DNA of 62,532 nt, counting the filler. It is 4 parts of 4 records of this genome, joined end to end, with 100 filler letters (N's around TTAATTAATTAA, not from the genome) between each part and the next. Parts side by side here need not be neighbours in the genome. Positions count along the whole stretch, not along the records: positions 20,883 to 46,671 come from DRR723986_16005; positions 46,772 to 62,532 come from DRR723986_16010; 2 more parts are not named here. One strand, 5' to 3'. This document shows positions 37,033 through 47,070 of this stretch, piece by piece (the first letter of the stretch is position 1; every line of letters begins with the position of its first letter). The translations under genes were made by a program, and so were the position numbers. The notes under the pieces were generated by a model that ran no database searches, was not told the origin of the DNA, and worked only from the letters and a program-made list of their open reading frames with translations.

Positions 37033-38763
37033 ATGGCGAAAAAAGTTGATCGCAGGCAAATTTTAAAAGGCACAGCAGCGCTGGGCAGTGTGGCCATTGG
37101 CGCCGGTGCTACCGGGGCTTTAGCACAGAGCAAAAACCCGCTTAGTGCGCCCGCTGATCTCGGCATTGCGGAAAAGCTGGCTGGTGTTGATTATACCGAT
37201 GCTGAGCGCGCAATGATCTATGACGGTGTTGAAGGCATGGTTGATCGCATTAGAATGCGCCGTGCTGGTACCACCATTGAGAATACTGATGCGCCCGCAT
37301 TAACCTTTGACCCGCGCTTGCCGGGCGAGGTTTATCATGCCCAATCAAACACAGTGCGTTTGGCCACTGTCCCGGCGCGGACTTTGCCAAGCGACGAAGA
37401 TATCGCCTTCGCCTCCATTGCAGAACAAGGGGCATGGCTGCGCTCAGGGGCGCTAACCGCAAGTCGGCTATTAGACATTTATCTAACCCGTATTCATGCG
37501 CACGGCGCAAAATTGGAGTGTTTCATTACCCTTATGGAAGAAAGTGCCCGCCGGGAAGCTTTTCAAGCTGACAGCGAGCTGCGTGCTGGTCGTGATCGCG
37601 GGCCACTGCACGGCATCTCCTACGGCATGAAAGACCTTGCCGACACTGCAGGTGTTGCCACCACTTGGGGTGCTGCCCCTTACAAAGACCGTGTACCAAA
37701 TGAAGACGCCGTTATTGTAAAACGCTTGCGCGAAGCAGGCGCGGTACTGGTTGGCAAAACCACGCTGGGCGCGCTGGCCTACGGCGACAAATGGTTCGCC
37801 GGTACAACCCGAAACCCCTGGAATTTGGATGAAGGCTCGTCTGGCTCCAGTGCCGGGTCGGCCTCGGCAACGGGTGCGGCCTTGGTGAGCTTTTCCATTG
37901 GTACAGAAACGCTGGGCTCCATCGTTTCGCCCTCCAGCCGCTGCGGCACAACAGGCCTTAGGCCAACCTTTGGGCGCATACCGCGCACAGGCGCCATGGC
38001 CTTATGTTGGTCGCTGGATAAGTTTGGCCCCATTTGCCGCCATGTAGAAGACACTGGGCTGGTGCTGGCAGCAGTAAACGGCGCAGACGACGGCGACCCA
38101 AGCTCAATTGAATGGGGTTTCGAGTATGACGCAAAAGCAGCGTCAGCCGAGAATATCAAAATTGGGTATAACCCCGCGTGGTTTGAAGGCGATAATGTCA
38201 CCGCCACCGAAAAGGCCATGCCCGCAATGGTGCGCGAGTTGGGGTACGACCTGACGGAAATTGCCTTGCCAGATTTGCCCTATGGCTCCTTGATTACCTT
38301 GCTTGAAGTGGAAGGCGCTGCCGCCTTTGAAGAACTGACCCTGTCTGATCGCGACGATTTGATGACATGGCAAGAAGCACGCTCGTGGCCCAACACCTTC
38401 AGATCAGCACATTTGCATTCGGCCGTTGAGGCCATGCAGCTTGACAGGTTTCGACGTCAAGTGATGCACATGATGGCTGATGTGTACAAACAAGTGGACG
38501 TTATCCTTTGCCCCAGTTTTGGGGGCGGCATGCTCCTCATCACCAACTATACCGGCCATCCATGCCTTGTGTTTCCTGCGGGCATGGAAAAACGCGAGAG
38601 CGTGCCACTTACTGGCAGGCCCGTACCAACAGAGCGGCCGGTTAAGTCCGTGCCGCAAAGCTTTACCCTGTGGGGCAACATGTTCCGCGAGGACCAATTG
38701 CTAGCGCTGGGCAGCCTTTTGGAGCGGCAAATTGGCTTTAAAGCCAACCGCCCGAAGCTTTAG
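37033..38763 (+). CDS. Amidase signature family protein with Tat signal
   Basis: DRRQILKG twin-Arg; GMKDL, SSGSSAGS, GTETLGSIVSP. Confidence 0.92.
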   Translation: MAKKVDRRQILKGTAALGSVAIGAGATGALAQSKNPLSAPADLGIAEKLAGVDYTDAERAMIYDGVEGMVDRIRMRRAGTTIENTDAPALTFDPRLPGEVYHAQSNTVRLATVPARTLPSDEDIAFASIAEQGAWLRSGALTASRLLDIYLTRIHAHGAKLECFITLMEESARREAFQADSELRAGRDRGPLHGISYGMKDLADTAGVATTWGAAPYKDRVPNEDAVIVKRLREAGAVLVGKTTLGALAYGDKWFAGTTRNPWNLDEGSSGSSAGSASATGAALVSFSIGTETLGSIVSPSSRCGTTGLRPTFGRIPRTGAMALCWSLDKFGPICRHVEDTGLVLAAVNGADDGDPSSIEWGFEYDAKAASAENIKIGYNPAWFEGDNVTATEKAMPAMVRELGYDLTEIALPDLPYGSLITLLEVEGAAAFEELTLSDRDDLMTWQEARSWPNTFRSAHLHSAVEAMQLDRFRRQVMHMMADVYKQVDVILCPSFGGGMLLITNYTGHPCLVFPAGMEKRESVPLTGRPVPTERPVKSVPQSFTLWGNMFREDQLLALGSLLERQIGFKANRPKL

Positions 38764-38902
38764 TGATGACGCAATAAGGCTTGACCGGGTCGCGCGAATC
38801 GCCTAGAGACGCGCGGTGCTGGCGGTATAAGGCCGTGTAGCACTTTAGCGATCAAAAGATTCTCGAGCCAAAAAGGTTCGATAGAAAAACAAGGATAAGA
38901 TC

Positions 38903-39190
38903 ATGGCTCGTGTATGCGAACTTACTGGAAAGCGCGTGTTGGCAGGCAATAATGTCTCACACGCAAACAATAAAACCCGTCGACGTTTTTTGCCAAACCT
39001 GACTAAAGCAACGCTTATGTCAGACGTACTTGGCCGTTCTGTAACCCTGCGTATTTCTGCCCACGCGCTGCGCTCGGTTGAACATAACGACGGTCTTGAT
39101 AATTTTCTTCTAAAAGCCCGTGACGGTGCCCTGTCCTCCACGGCATTGAAGCTGAAAAAAGACATTAAGAAAAAGCAAGCTGCTGCATAA
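38903..39190 (+). CDS. rpmB: 50S ribosomal protein L28
   Basis: [10 protein letters not shown]...[19 protein letters not shown]. Confidence 0.97.
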   Translation: MARVCELTGKRVLAGNNVSHANNKTRRRFLPNLTKATLMSDVLGRSVTLRISAHALRSVEHNDGLDNFLLKARDGALSSTALKLKKDIKKKQAAA

Positions 39191-39233
39191 ACAGGCTTTG
39201 GTGAGCAGCGCTTGCTCACCTATTAAAGAATTC

Positions 39234-39266
39234 AAACGCTGCGCTTTAAATAGCGCGGCGTTTTTT
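39234..39266 (+). terminator. Intrinsic (likely bidirectional) terminator after rpmB
   Basis: AAACGCTGCGCT/AGCGCGGCGTTT stem followed by T6. Confidence 0.8.
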
Positions 39267-40377
39267 ACCGCCTGCTATTAGCGGCATTGCCCGCCATCCG
39301 CCACTCACCGTTTATTTTCTTGGCGAGCATGACCCACGCCCAATGTTCGTCAAACGGCTGGCCGGTTGCCTCGGTTATACCTTTGGCGTTGACCTGAACA
39401 CTGGCCCATCCGATGTCTCCAGAATCAGAAACTTCAATAACGGGGTGGCGCGTTGCGATGTAATTTGAATAAGTGCGACGGGTAAATGTGCCGGTGAAGA
39501 TATCTTTCATTTGGTCTGGGCTGGTTTCAAATAGGCTGCCACCGCTTATGATAACGGGGGCTGGTGCGGCCAAACCCGCCAACATGGCAGCATCGCCCAA
39601 GCAATGAGCTGCCAATGATTTTTTATGCAGGCGTAATATTTGAACAGCGTCTATGTCAGGTGCTGTTACATTGTCGTAAAACCACATTGGCGGCCTGTCT
39701 TGCATATCAATGGTTTGATACTGGTAATTAAATGTACGGCTGCCATCATCTATCAACAATGCGAACGGAACGAGCGTACCACCCACGTCGCGCCAATCAC
39801 TGGCAATAATATCGATTTTTAATTCGCCCACATCAAACCGGATGCCTGCAGGCTGGCCCGCTGTTTCTCCGTCAATTAAAAACACCTCACCGCCAGTGTC
39901 GCGAATGCCTTTTAATGCAGAGGCCTTTTTGCCTGCAAAGTCGATATCACTGACAGGTTCAATATTGGTCACGATATCTTTGAAGTGAAACATCAAAGCA
40001 TGAAACTGATGCCCTAAAGCATAATCACGTTGAAAATCAGCTTGAGCGCCTTTGGCGATTTCTGCCTCGCCTTGTGCTTGTACCCACGTGAACGGACCGT
40101 CCACCACATGCAGGCTATTTCCATCTGCTTGAATGAAATTGGAAGCTGCTCGATCTTTGGAGCGATAAAAACTCTCTACCGCGTATGATTTGCCATCAGA
40201 CGCTGTGACATTGGCATATGCATAGAGTGCATTTGCTGAACAGGCATCATCCGCCACAACTGCCATATGTATGCCCGTGCATGACAATAAACCTGCGGCC
40301 ACAACCCGACATGCTGCGCGCAGATCGGCATATACCTCACATGCCCTTGGTCGGCTGTGTTTGAAATAACGCTGCAC
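39265..40377 (-). CDS. Secreted protein with C-terminal NTF2/DUF4440-like domain
   Basis: C-terminal IEVSDSGDIGW...KKINGEWR pattern. Confidence 0.7.
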   Translation of the reverse strand: MQRYFKHSRPRACEVYADLRAACRVVAAGLLSCTGIHMAVVADDACSANALYAYANVTASDGKSYAVESFYRSKDRAASNFIQADGNSLHVVDGPFTWVQAQGEAEIAKGAQADFQRDYALGHQFHALMFHFKDIVTNIEPVSDIDFAGKKASALKGIRDTGGEVFLIDGETAGQPAGIRFDVGELKIDIIASDWRDVGGTLVPFALLIDDGSRTFNYQYQTIDMQDRPPMWFYDNVTAPDIDAVQILRLHKKSLAAHCLGDAAMLAGLAAPAPVIISGGSLFETSPDQMKDIFTGTFTRRTYSNYIATRHPVIEVSDSGDIGWASVQVNAKGITEATGQPFDEHWAWVMLAKKINGEWRMAGNAANSRR

Positions 40378-40532
40378 TATGGCTCTCCCCGCAAAACCCG
40401 AATGGATTAACAGTCAACCACAAGCCAGAAACCACCACAAGTAAACCATCGTTATGTCCAGTCTGTGGCGATTCTTACTTGACGATTTATTCTTGAACGA
40501 ATGTTCGGTTATTAATTATTAATGCTATCGAC

Positions 40533-41528
40533 TTAACGATAGTCATAATCAAACATCATTAACAGGGTGCGCTGTAGCGGGTTAAAATTGTCGTCAGATA
40601 TCATCACCATGCGCACGGTATCCGCGTCCAGGGCCACAACATCTAACCCTTCCATATTGTCCACGATAAAATCGGGCGTAAGGTGCAAAACCTCGTCACC
40701 AGTCAAAACTGCGCCCGCGACAATGTCGTCCGCTTTTATAACCAGAACCTTGATCGCCACCCCGTCGATAGCGGAAAAATGCCGCAACAAGACAAGCACG
40801 TTGCCGTTAGGCATAACGGCAGCGTCCGTCGGCGAAAAGTTTTTTGGTGGTTGAAACTTAAGCGTTTGCACACCGTCCATTGAAACCAGCCACGCTTGCA
40901 AATGCCCTGCGCCGTTCAGTCCGCGCTCAGAAAAGGCCAACAGATGCCCGGTTCTCAAACGCGCAATCGCCTCCATGCCGCCGTTGCCGGAAATGCCGGA
41001 AAAGTCAATTTTCGGCAACAGAGGCGCACTTGGAATAGCCCCTGCTTCCTCAACAAATTCCAGGCGGTGATTATGCTCGAACGAAACCAGGTACCCATCA
41101 TCAAATTTAATTACGCTTTCTGCATCCAGATCAATCTTGTCGGCTTTTAAGCCAGAGGAAAACCTTTGCATGGTGCCTGATGTTGGGGGCACAGAACTTC
41201 GCGCATCAAACGGCGCTTGCCACCAGTCCCCTTTGTCAGAAATAGCCAGCAATGAACCAGCCGGTCCATCAACAACGATGCCGGAAAAGCCGCCAAAGTC
41301 TTTAAAGTCAGACGTTAAAGCCCAACCGCCTTCAAATCTAACACGCCCGCCAGTTTGACTAGAGTGAAAGGGTTGATCAATCGGCAACCGCAATGCTTTA
41401 ACGGTTATGGCAACGGGTAGCCCTGCATCCTTTATAGTAACGGTACCCCGATCGGCAAAACCGGTTGACACAAATGCCCCGCCCATAAGGACAGCCACTA
41501 ACGCCAAGCCTATGAATGCTTTTTTCAT
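40533..41528 (-). CDS. Esterase-like activity of phytase family protein
   Basis: FGGFSG, DAES, SFEHNHR, DNMEG, ISDDNFNPLQRTLL. Confidence 0.88.
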   Translation of the reverse strand: MKKAFIGLALVAVLMGGAFVSTGFADRGTVTIKDAGLPVAITVKALRLPIDQPFHSSQTGGRVRFEGGWALTSDFKDFGGFSGIVVDGPAGSLLAISDKGDWWQAPFDARSSVPPTSGTMQRFSSGLKADKIDLDAESVIKFDDGYLVSFEHNHRLEFVEEAGAIPSAPLLPKIDFSGISGNGGMEAIARLRTGHLLAFSERGLNGAGHLQAWLVSMDGVQTLKFQPPKNFSPTDAAVMPNGNVLVLLRHFSAIDGVAIKVLVIKADDIVAGAVLTGDEVLHLTPDFIVDNMEGLDVVALDADTVRMVMISDDNFNPLQRTLLMMFDYDYR

Positions 41529-41554
41529 TCTATCCGCAGTCCTTGTGTTAACCA

Positions 41555-43411
41555 CTAAAGCCGTCGTGGCTTGGGCAAAGTTTCTTCAAATAATGATGCC
41601 AGCTGGTCCGTCATCGCGCCGCCCAATTGTTCGGCATCAAGAATGGTAACAGCCCGCTGATAATACCGCGTGACATCATGGCCAATTCCAATGGCGATCA
41701 ACTCAACCGGCGATTTATCTTCAATCCAGCGGATAACTTGCCGTAAATGATTCTCGAGATACGTACCGCTGTTGACAGACAGTGTGCTGTCATCAACCGG
41801 CGCGCCGTCGGAAATTACCATCAAAATCCGCCGCTCATCCGCCCGCGCCATTAAGCGATTATGCGCCCACATCAGCGCTTCGCCGTCGATATTTTCTTTC
41901 AGCAAGCCTTCGCGCATCATCAAACCCAAATTGCGGCGCGACCGCCGCCACGGGCTATCGCCGGTTTTATAGATAATGTGGCGCAAATCATTCAGGCGTC
42001 CGGGTTTGGCTGGCCTGCCAGCTTCCAGCCATTTTTCTCGCGACTTGCCGCCCTTCCAAGCCTTAGTGGTAAAGCCCAAAATTTCTACTTTCACGCCGCA
42101 GCGCTCGAGCGTGCGGGCCAAAATATCGGTGGATATGGCCGCAATGGAAATGGGTCGCCCCCGCATTGAGCCTGAATTGTCCAACAAAAGTGTGACCACC
42201 GTGTCTTTAAATTCAGTTTCAGATTCAAGCTTATAAGAGGCTGGCCGCATGGGGTTGGTCACCACACGGGACAAGCGCCCTGCATCCAAAATGCCTTCTT
42301 CCAGATCAAATTGCCAATGACGCAGTTGCTGCGCCAAAAGCCTGCGCTGCAATCGATTGGCAAGCTTAGATACCACACCAGACAGATGTGCCATCTGTTG
42401 GTCCAAATATTTACGCAAGCGGTCTAACTCTTCCGCGTCGCACAGATCTTCGGCTTTAATAACTTCATCAAACTCTTCACTGAACACCTGATAAAAGCCA
42501 ATTTCCGGCATGTTATCCAGCGGGCGGTTTGGCCGCCAGGGTATGGTTCCCTCATGGGTGCCATCTGCAGTGTCACCGTCGGCATCTTCGCTGTCATCCA
42601 CCGCCGCTTCAGACGATTGGTCGTCTTCTCCGCTTTCGCCGTCACTGTCCTCTGTGCCTTCTGCGCCGTCAGCATCCCCTTCTTCATCGTCGCTAGCATC
42701 GCCGTCAGGCGTTGAGGGAGCATCCGCATCAGGGCTTTCACTGGGCTCATTATCGTCTTGCTGCTCAGAGGCGTTTCCGTCTCCGTCACCAACAAGTTCA
42801 GAAATAATATTACGGGTTAGCTCCGACAAGTCGCGCTGATTTTCAACTTTGTCTTCCAGCTCATCGAGCAAGTGCCCCACTGATTGCTCGAGCCATTTTC
42901 GCTGCCCCTCAACCGCAAGGGTGGCGCACTCTGGCGGCTTCTCGCCGGTAAGGCGCTCGCGTGCCAATAACCCCAACACATCAGCAAGCTTACCAGTTTC
43001 ATCGTCGCTGGGGCGAGCAATGCCGCTTTCCTGTGCCCTGCGGGCTACAAAGGTTGAAATGTTGGCACTAACACCGCTCATTTGGCGGGCGCCAACTGAT
43101 TCGTACCGTGCAACCTCTACCGCATCAAAGATCGCCCGTGCAACCTGTCCGGACGGTGCCAGTTTTTGATGTAACTTGGGGTCATGGTGGCGCTTTTTCA
43201 GCGCTAAGGCATCGGCAACACCGCGGGCTTCGGCCACATCACGGGCCGTTACCTTGTGCGGCAAGTGCAAAATACGCGCCTCGTCTCCAATAAGGTTAGG
43301 GTGATCGGCCGTGTAGGAAACCTCGAGTTCCGGCGCATCTGCAACCGCACGAGTTGCCGCCGCGAGCGCTTGCTCGAAAATTTCTTTTGGTTTTTGTCCG
43401 CCGTCGGCCAA
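41555..43411 (-). CDS. cobT: Cobaltochelatase CobT subunit (vWA)
   Basis: [35 protein letters not shown]; acidic linker. Confidence 0.95.
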   Translation of the reverse strand: MADGGQKPKEIFEQALAAATRAVADAPELEVSYTADHPNLIGDEARILHLPHKVTARDVAEARGVADALALKKRHHDPKLHQKLAPSGQVARAIFDAVEVARYESVGARQMSGVSANISTFVARRAQESGIARPSDDETGKLADVLGLLARERLTGEKPPECATLAVEGQRKWLEQSVGHLLDELEDKVENQRDLSELTRNIISELVGDGDGNASEQQDDNEPSESPDADAPSTPDGDASDDEEGDADGAEGTEDSDGESGEDDQSSEAAVDDSEDADGDTADGTHEGTIPWRPNRPLDNMPEIGFYQVFSEEFDEVIKAEDLCDAEELDRLRKYLDQQMAHLSGVVSKLANRLQRRLLAQQLRHWQFDLEEGILDAGRLSRVVTNPMRPASYKLESETEFKDTVVTLLLDNSGSMRGRPISIAAISTDILARTLERCGVKVEILGFTTKAWKGGKSREKWLEAGRPAKPGRLNDLRHIIYKTGDSPWRRSRRNLGLMMREGLLKENIDGEALMWAHNRLMARADERRILMVISDGAPVDDSTLSVNSGTYLENHLRQVIRWIEDKSPVELIAIGIGHDVTRYYQRAVTILDAEQLGGAMTDQLASLFEETLPKPRRL

Positions 43412-43426
43412 GTTTAGCCCTTTTCC

Positions 43427-44425
43427 TTACGCGCCAACCACAAGGTTAGCTGCGGAATCAGCCAGCTCTATGCCAAAACACCGCTGATAATATTCAGCAA
43501 CAAACGTGCGCTCTGCTTCATCACATTTATTCAGAAAACTGGTTTTAAAACCAAAACTGACATCACCGAAAATATGGGCATTTTGTGCCCAAGTAAGCAC
43601 TGTGCGCGGAGACATAACCGTTGAAATATCGCCTGCCATAAAACCTGTGCGCGTTAGTTCGGCCACACGGACCATTGCGGCGATTGTTTTTTGACCGTCT
43701 TCCGTTTGGTAGCTTGGCTCTTTCGCCAATACAATTTCGGTTTCCACTTCATGGGGCAGATAGTTAAGCGTAGAAACGACATTCCAGCGGTCCATCTGAC
43801 CTTGATTGATTTGCTGTGTTCCGTGGTAAAGCCCCGTGGTATCACCGAGACCAACCGTGTTAGCCGTAGCGAAAATTCGAAACGCCGGGTGGGGGCGAAT
43901 AACCCTGTTTTGGTCCAACAGCGTAAGCTTGCCCTCAACTTCAAGCACGCGCTGGATCACGAACATAACGTCTGGCCGACCGGCGTCATATTCGTCAAAT
44001 ACTATTGCGGTTGGAGACTGCAACGCCCACGGCAGCAAGCCTTCCTGAAACTGGGTTACTTGCTTTCCGTCCTTCAGGACGATGGCGTCTTTACCCACCA
44101 GGTCAATGCGGCTGATATGGCTATCAAGATTAACCCTGATGGTTGGCCAATTGAGCCGAGCAGCAACCTGCTCGATATGGGTAGACTTGCCCGTACCGTG
44201 ATAGCCCTGGATCATAACGCGGCGGTTATGGGCGAAACCCGCCAAAATTGCCAGCGTTGTGTCATGGTCAAACACATAAGTACTATCAATATCAGGCACA
44301 TGCTCTGTGCGGTCTGCAAAAGCAGGCACTTGCATATCACTATCGATGCCAAAGGTTTCGCGTACCGAAACAGTGTTTTCTGGCATGTGGGTATTCGGTG
44401 TTTTTTCGGCCGCGGCGGCGGTCAT
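43427..44425 (-). CDS. cobS: Cobaltochelatase CobS subunit (AAA+)
   Basis: [31 protein letters not shown]. Confidence 0.96.
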   Translation of the reverse strand: MTAAAAEKTPNTHMPENTVSVRETFGIDSDMQVPAFADRTEHVPDIDSTYVFDHDTTLAILAGFAHNRRVMIQGYHGTGKSTHIEQVAARLNWPTIRVNLDSHISRIDLVGKDAIVLKDGKQVTQFQEGLLPWALQSPTAIVFDEYDAGRPDVMFVIQRVLEVEGKLTLLDQNRVIRPHPAFRIFATANTVGLGDTTGLYHGTQQINQGQMDRWNVVSTLNYLPHEVETEIVLAKEPSYQTEDGQKTIAAMVRVAELTRTGFMAGDISTVMSPRTVLTWAQNAHIFGDVSFGFKTSFLNKCDEAERTFVAEYYQRCFGIELADSAANLVVGA

Positions 44426-44589
44426 GGCACGTCCTCTTATTTATAAGTCTAAGGCGTATATCTCTTTACGAGGGCTTGCTTTTACGAGCAATAACCCCAT
44501 TCTAGATAGGTCTGTAACCTAAGATACACTGCATTTCGTCGCATATATCGTCTTTTATGCGCCGACACTCAAGAGAAAGTAAGGCAAAA

Positions 44590-44865
44590 ATGGGCAAAGT
44601 CAGCCAACTGATTGAAAAAAAACTCACCGATGCGCTTGCGCCAACCCATTTAGAGGTAATTGATGACAGCGCCAGTCATGCTGGACACGCCGGAAACCCT
44701 GGCGGTGACCGGGAAAGTCATTTTCATGTGAACATCACATCAAGCGCCTTTGACGGCAAAAACCGTGTGGCGCGCCAACGCCTTGTAAACGCGGCCCTAA
44801 GAGAAGAACTGAAAGAAGATATTCACGCCCTCAGCATGAAATGCACTGCACCCGGAGAGCTATGA
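44590..44865 (+). CDS. bolA: BolA family protein
   Basis: DDSASHAGH, ESHF, RVARQRLV, IHAL. Confidence 0.93.
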   Translation: MGKVSQLIEKKLTDALAPTHLEVIDDSASHAGHAGNPGGDRESHFHVNITSSAFDGKNRVARQRLVNAALREELKEDIHALSMKCTAPGEL

Positions 44866-45009
44866 ATTTAGCTGGCGCCGCGAATCGCGCACCATTTGTT
44901 TAACTACAGGTTGCCGGGACAAAGAACGCCTGCTGTAGACTAAGCCTGTCATTGCTATAACGGGCAATAATAGGGTGGCAATCAACTCTGCTGTAAAATA
45001 CTCAGTCAC
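44860..45009 (-). CDS. Unannotated 49-aa single-pass membrane protein (candidate)
   Basis: AAAGGA SD then GTG; MTEYFTAELIATLLLPVIAMTGLVYSRRSLSRQPVVKQMVRDSRRQLNS*. Confidence 0.5.
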   Translation of the reverse strand: MTEYFTAELIATLLLPVIAMTGLVYSRRSLSRQPVVKQMVRDSRRQLNS

Positions 45010-45143
45010 AATCCGTCCTTTGTCTTCGCTGTATTATTGTTATGGGGGCTTTTGCGTCCCAATTTGTTTTTTGCTCAGGGTAATCTGGCAGTGATTTAAG
45101 GCAAAACCGTGATAAAATTGGGGTGATAATGTTGCGATGGCAT

Positions 45144-45174
45144 AAAAAAACAGCGCACCAAAAGCACGCTGTTT
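45144..45174 (-). terminator. Probable terminator of acnB
   Basis: AAACAGCG/CGCTGTTT stem with T7 on the minus strand. Confidence 0.6.
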
Positions 45175-45233
45175 AATCTTGTAAAGCCCCGGCAGTTTAT
45201 CAATTGCCAAAGCCTAGTTTTTAAAGCCTGCCC

Positions 45234-46671
45234 TTAATGAAGGGTCACAGGCGGCTTGCCCAACGGCGGGGCAAATTTGGTGAGGTTGATACCGTCCACC
45301 GCGCTTTTATATTCGTCAACACTTGGGGTACGACCAAGAATAGTAGACAGCACCACAACCGGCGTTGACGCCAACAAAGACTCGCCTTTTTTCTCGTCTG
45401 AGTCTTCAACAACCCTGCCTTTAAACAACCGGGTAGACGTGGCCATGACGGTATCGCCTTTCGCGGCTTTCTCCTGATTGCCCATACACAAATTACAGCC
45501 CGGGCGCTCTAGATACATAATATTCTCATATTCAGTGCGCGCATTGCCTTTAGGGGCGTCATCATCAAACTCGAAACCCGCATACTTTTGCAACACGGCC
45601 CAGTCACCCTCAGCCTTCAACTCGTCAACGATATTGTAGGTTGGCGGTGCAACAACCAGCGGCGCGCTAAATTTAACTTCACCATTTTTTTCAAGGTTTT
45701 TGAGCATTTGAGCAATAATTTTCATATCGCCTTTATGGACCATGCAGGAACCAACGAAGCCCAAATCAACTTTCTTGTCGCCGCCGTAATATGAAACCGG
45801 CCTGATCGTGTCGTGGGTGTAACGCTTGGACACATCGGCATTGTTCACGTCAGGGTCGGCAATCATGGGTTCAACAATCTGGTCCAAATCCACCACAAAC
45901 TCGGCAAAATATTTTGCATTATCGTCAGGGCTAAGCGCAGGACGCGAGCCAGATTGTATTTCGACAATACGGTTATTTGCAATGTCCACAAGCCCCTGTA
46001 GTGTCTGAGCGCTGTTATCCATACCCTTGTCGATCATAATCTGAATGCGGCTCTTGGCAATCTCAAGGGATCCAATGAGCGTATCGTCCTCTGAAATACA
46101 GATCGAGGCTTTTGCCTTCATTTCTGCTGTCCAGTCGGTGAAGGTAAAGGCTTGGTCCGCGAGCAACGTGCCAATGTGCACTTCAATCACACGGCCCTGG
46201 AAAACATTGTCCCCAAACTTCTTGAGCATTTGCGCCTGTGTCGCATGCACCACATCACGGAAGTCCATATGGTCTTTCAGGCTGCCCTTAAATGTCACTT
46301 TAACCGATTCAGGGATTGGCATGGTGGCTTCACCGGTGGCCAGCGCAAGGGCAACCGTGCCAGAGTCGGCACCGAAAGCCACGCCTTTAGACATACGCGT
46401 GTGGCTGTCACCGCCGATAATTACAGACCAGTCATCAACTGTAATGTCATTGAGAACCTTATGAATAACGTCTGTCATGGCGTGGTAAACACCCTTCGGA
46501 TCCCGCGCCGTGATAAGACCAAATTTGTTCATAAAGCTCATAAGCTTGGGAATGTTTTGCTGCGCTTTCACATCCCAAACCGACGCAGTATGGCAGCCTG
46601 ATTGGTAAGCACCGTCTACTGTTGGTGAAATAACTGTCGCAGCCATGGCTTCCAGTTCCTGGGAAGTCATC
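45234..46671 (-). CDS. acnB: Aconitate hydratase B, 3' part (5' cut by contig end)
   Basis: QSGCHTA, GGDSHTR, FVGSCM, PGCNLCMGNQ, STRLF.GR. Confidence 0.92.
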
Positions 46672-46771
46672 NNNNNNNNNNNNNNNNNNNNNNNNNNNNN
46701 NNNNNNNNNNNNNNNTTAATTAATTAANNNNNNNNNNNNNNNNNNNNNNNNNNNNNNNNNNNNNNNNNNNN
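46672..46771. other. Artificial contig linker
   Basis: N44-TTAATTAATTAA-N44. Confidence 0.99.
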
Positions 46772-47020
46772 GATAGCGGCGAAAAACGCATGCTGAGCAC
46801 GGGCGAAGCTCGCCTTCTGCAAATATTCGTCAATAACCCCAATGTGGTTTTAACACGCGACCAACTGTTGGAAATGAGCCAAGGTAGAACTGCCAATGCT
46901 TTCGATAGAAGTATTGATAACTATGTTAGCCGCATCAGAAAAAAAATCGAGAAAGACCCTAGTCATCCAAAATTGCTAAAAACCTACTGGGGTGGCGGCT
47001 ATGCGCTAAGCTGCGACTAA
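46772..47020 (+). CDS. OmpR-family response regulator, C-terminal DNA-binding domain (5' truncated)
   Basis: LSTGE, VLTRDQLL, DRSIDNYVSRIRKKIE, KTYWGGGY. Confidence 0.9.
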   Translation, partial: DSGEKRMLSTGEARLLQIFVNNPNVVLTRDQLLEMSQGRTANAFDRSIDNYVSRIRKKIEKDPSHPKLLKTYWGGGYALSCD

Positions 47021-47070
47021 AACGGTTAGTTGTTTCAGACCAAACCTGCCAACAGCATGGACCGACCACA

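Noticed and set aside
42540-42790. Low-complexity acidic stretch in cobT
   Set aside because: Normal acidic linker of CobT proteins.
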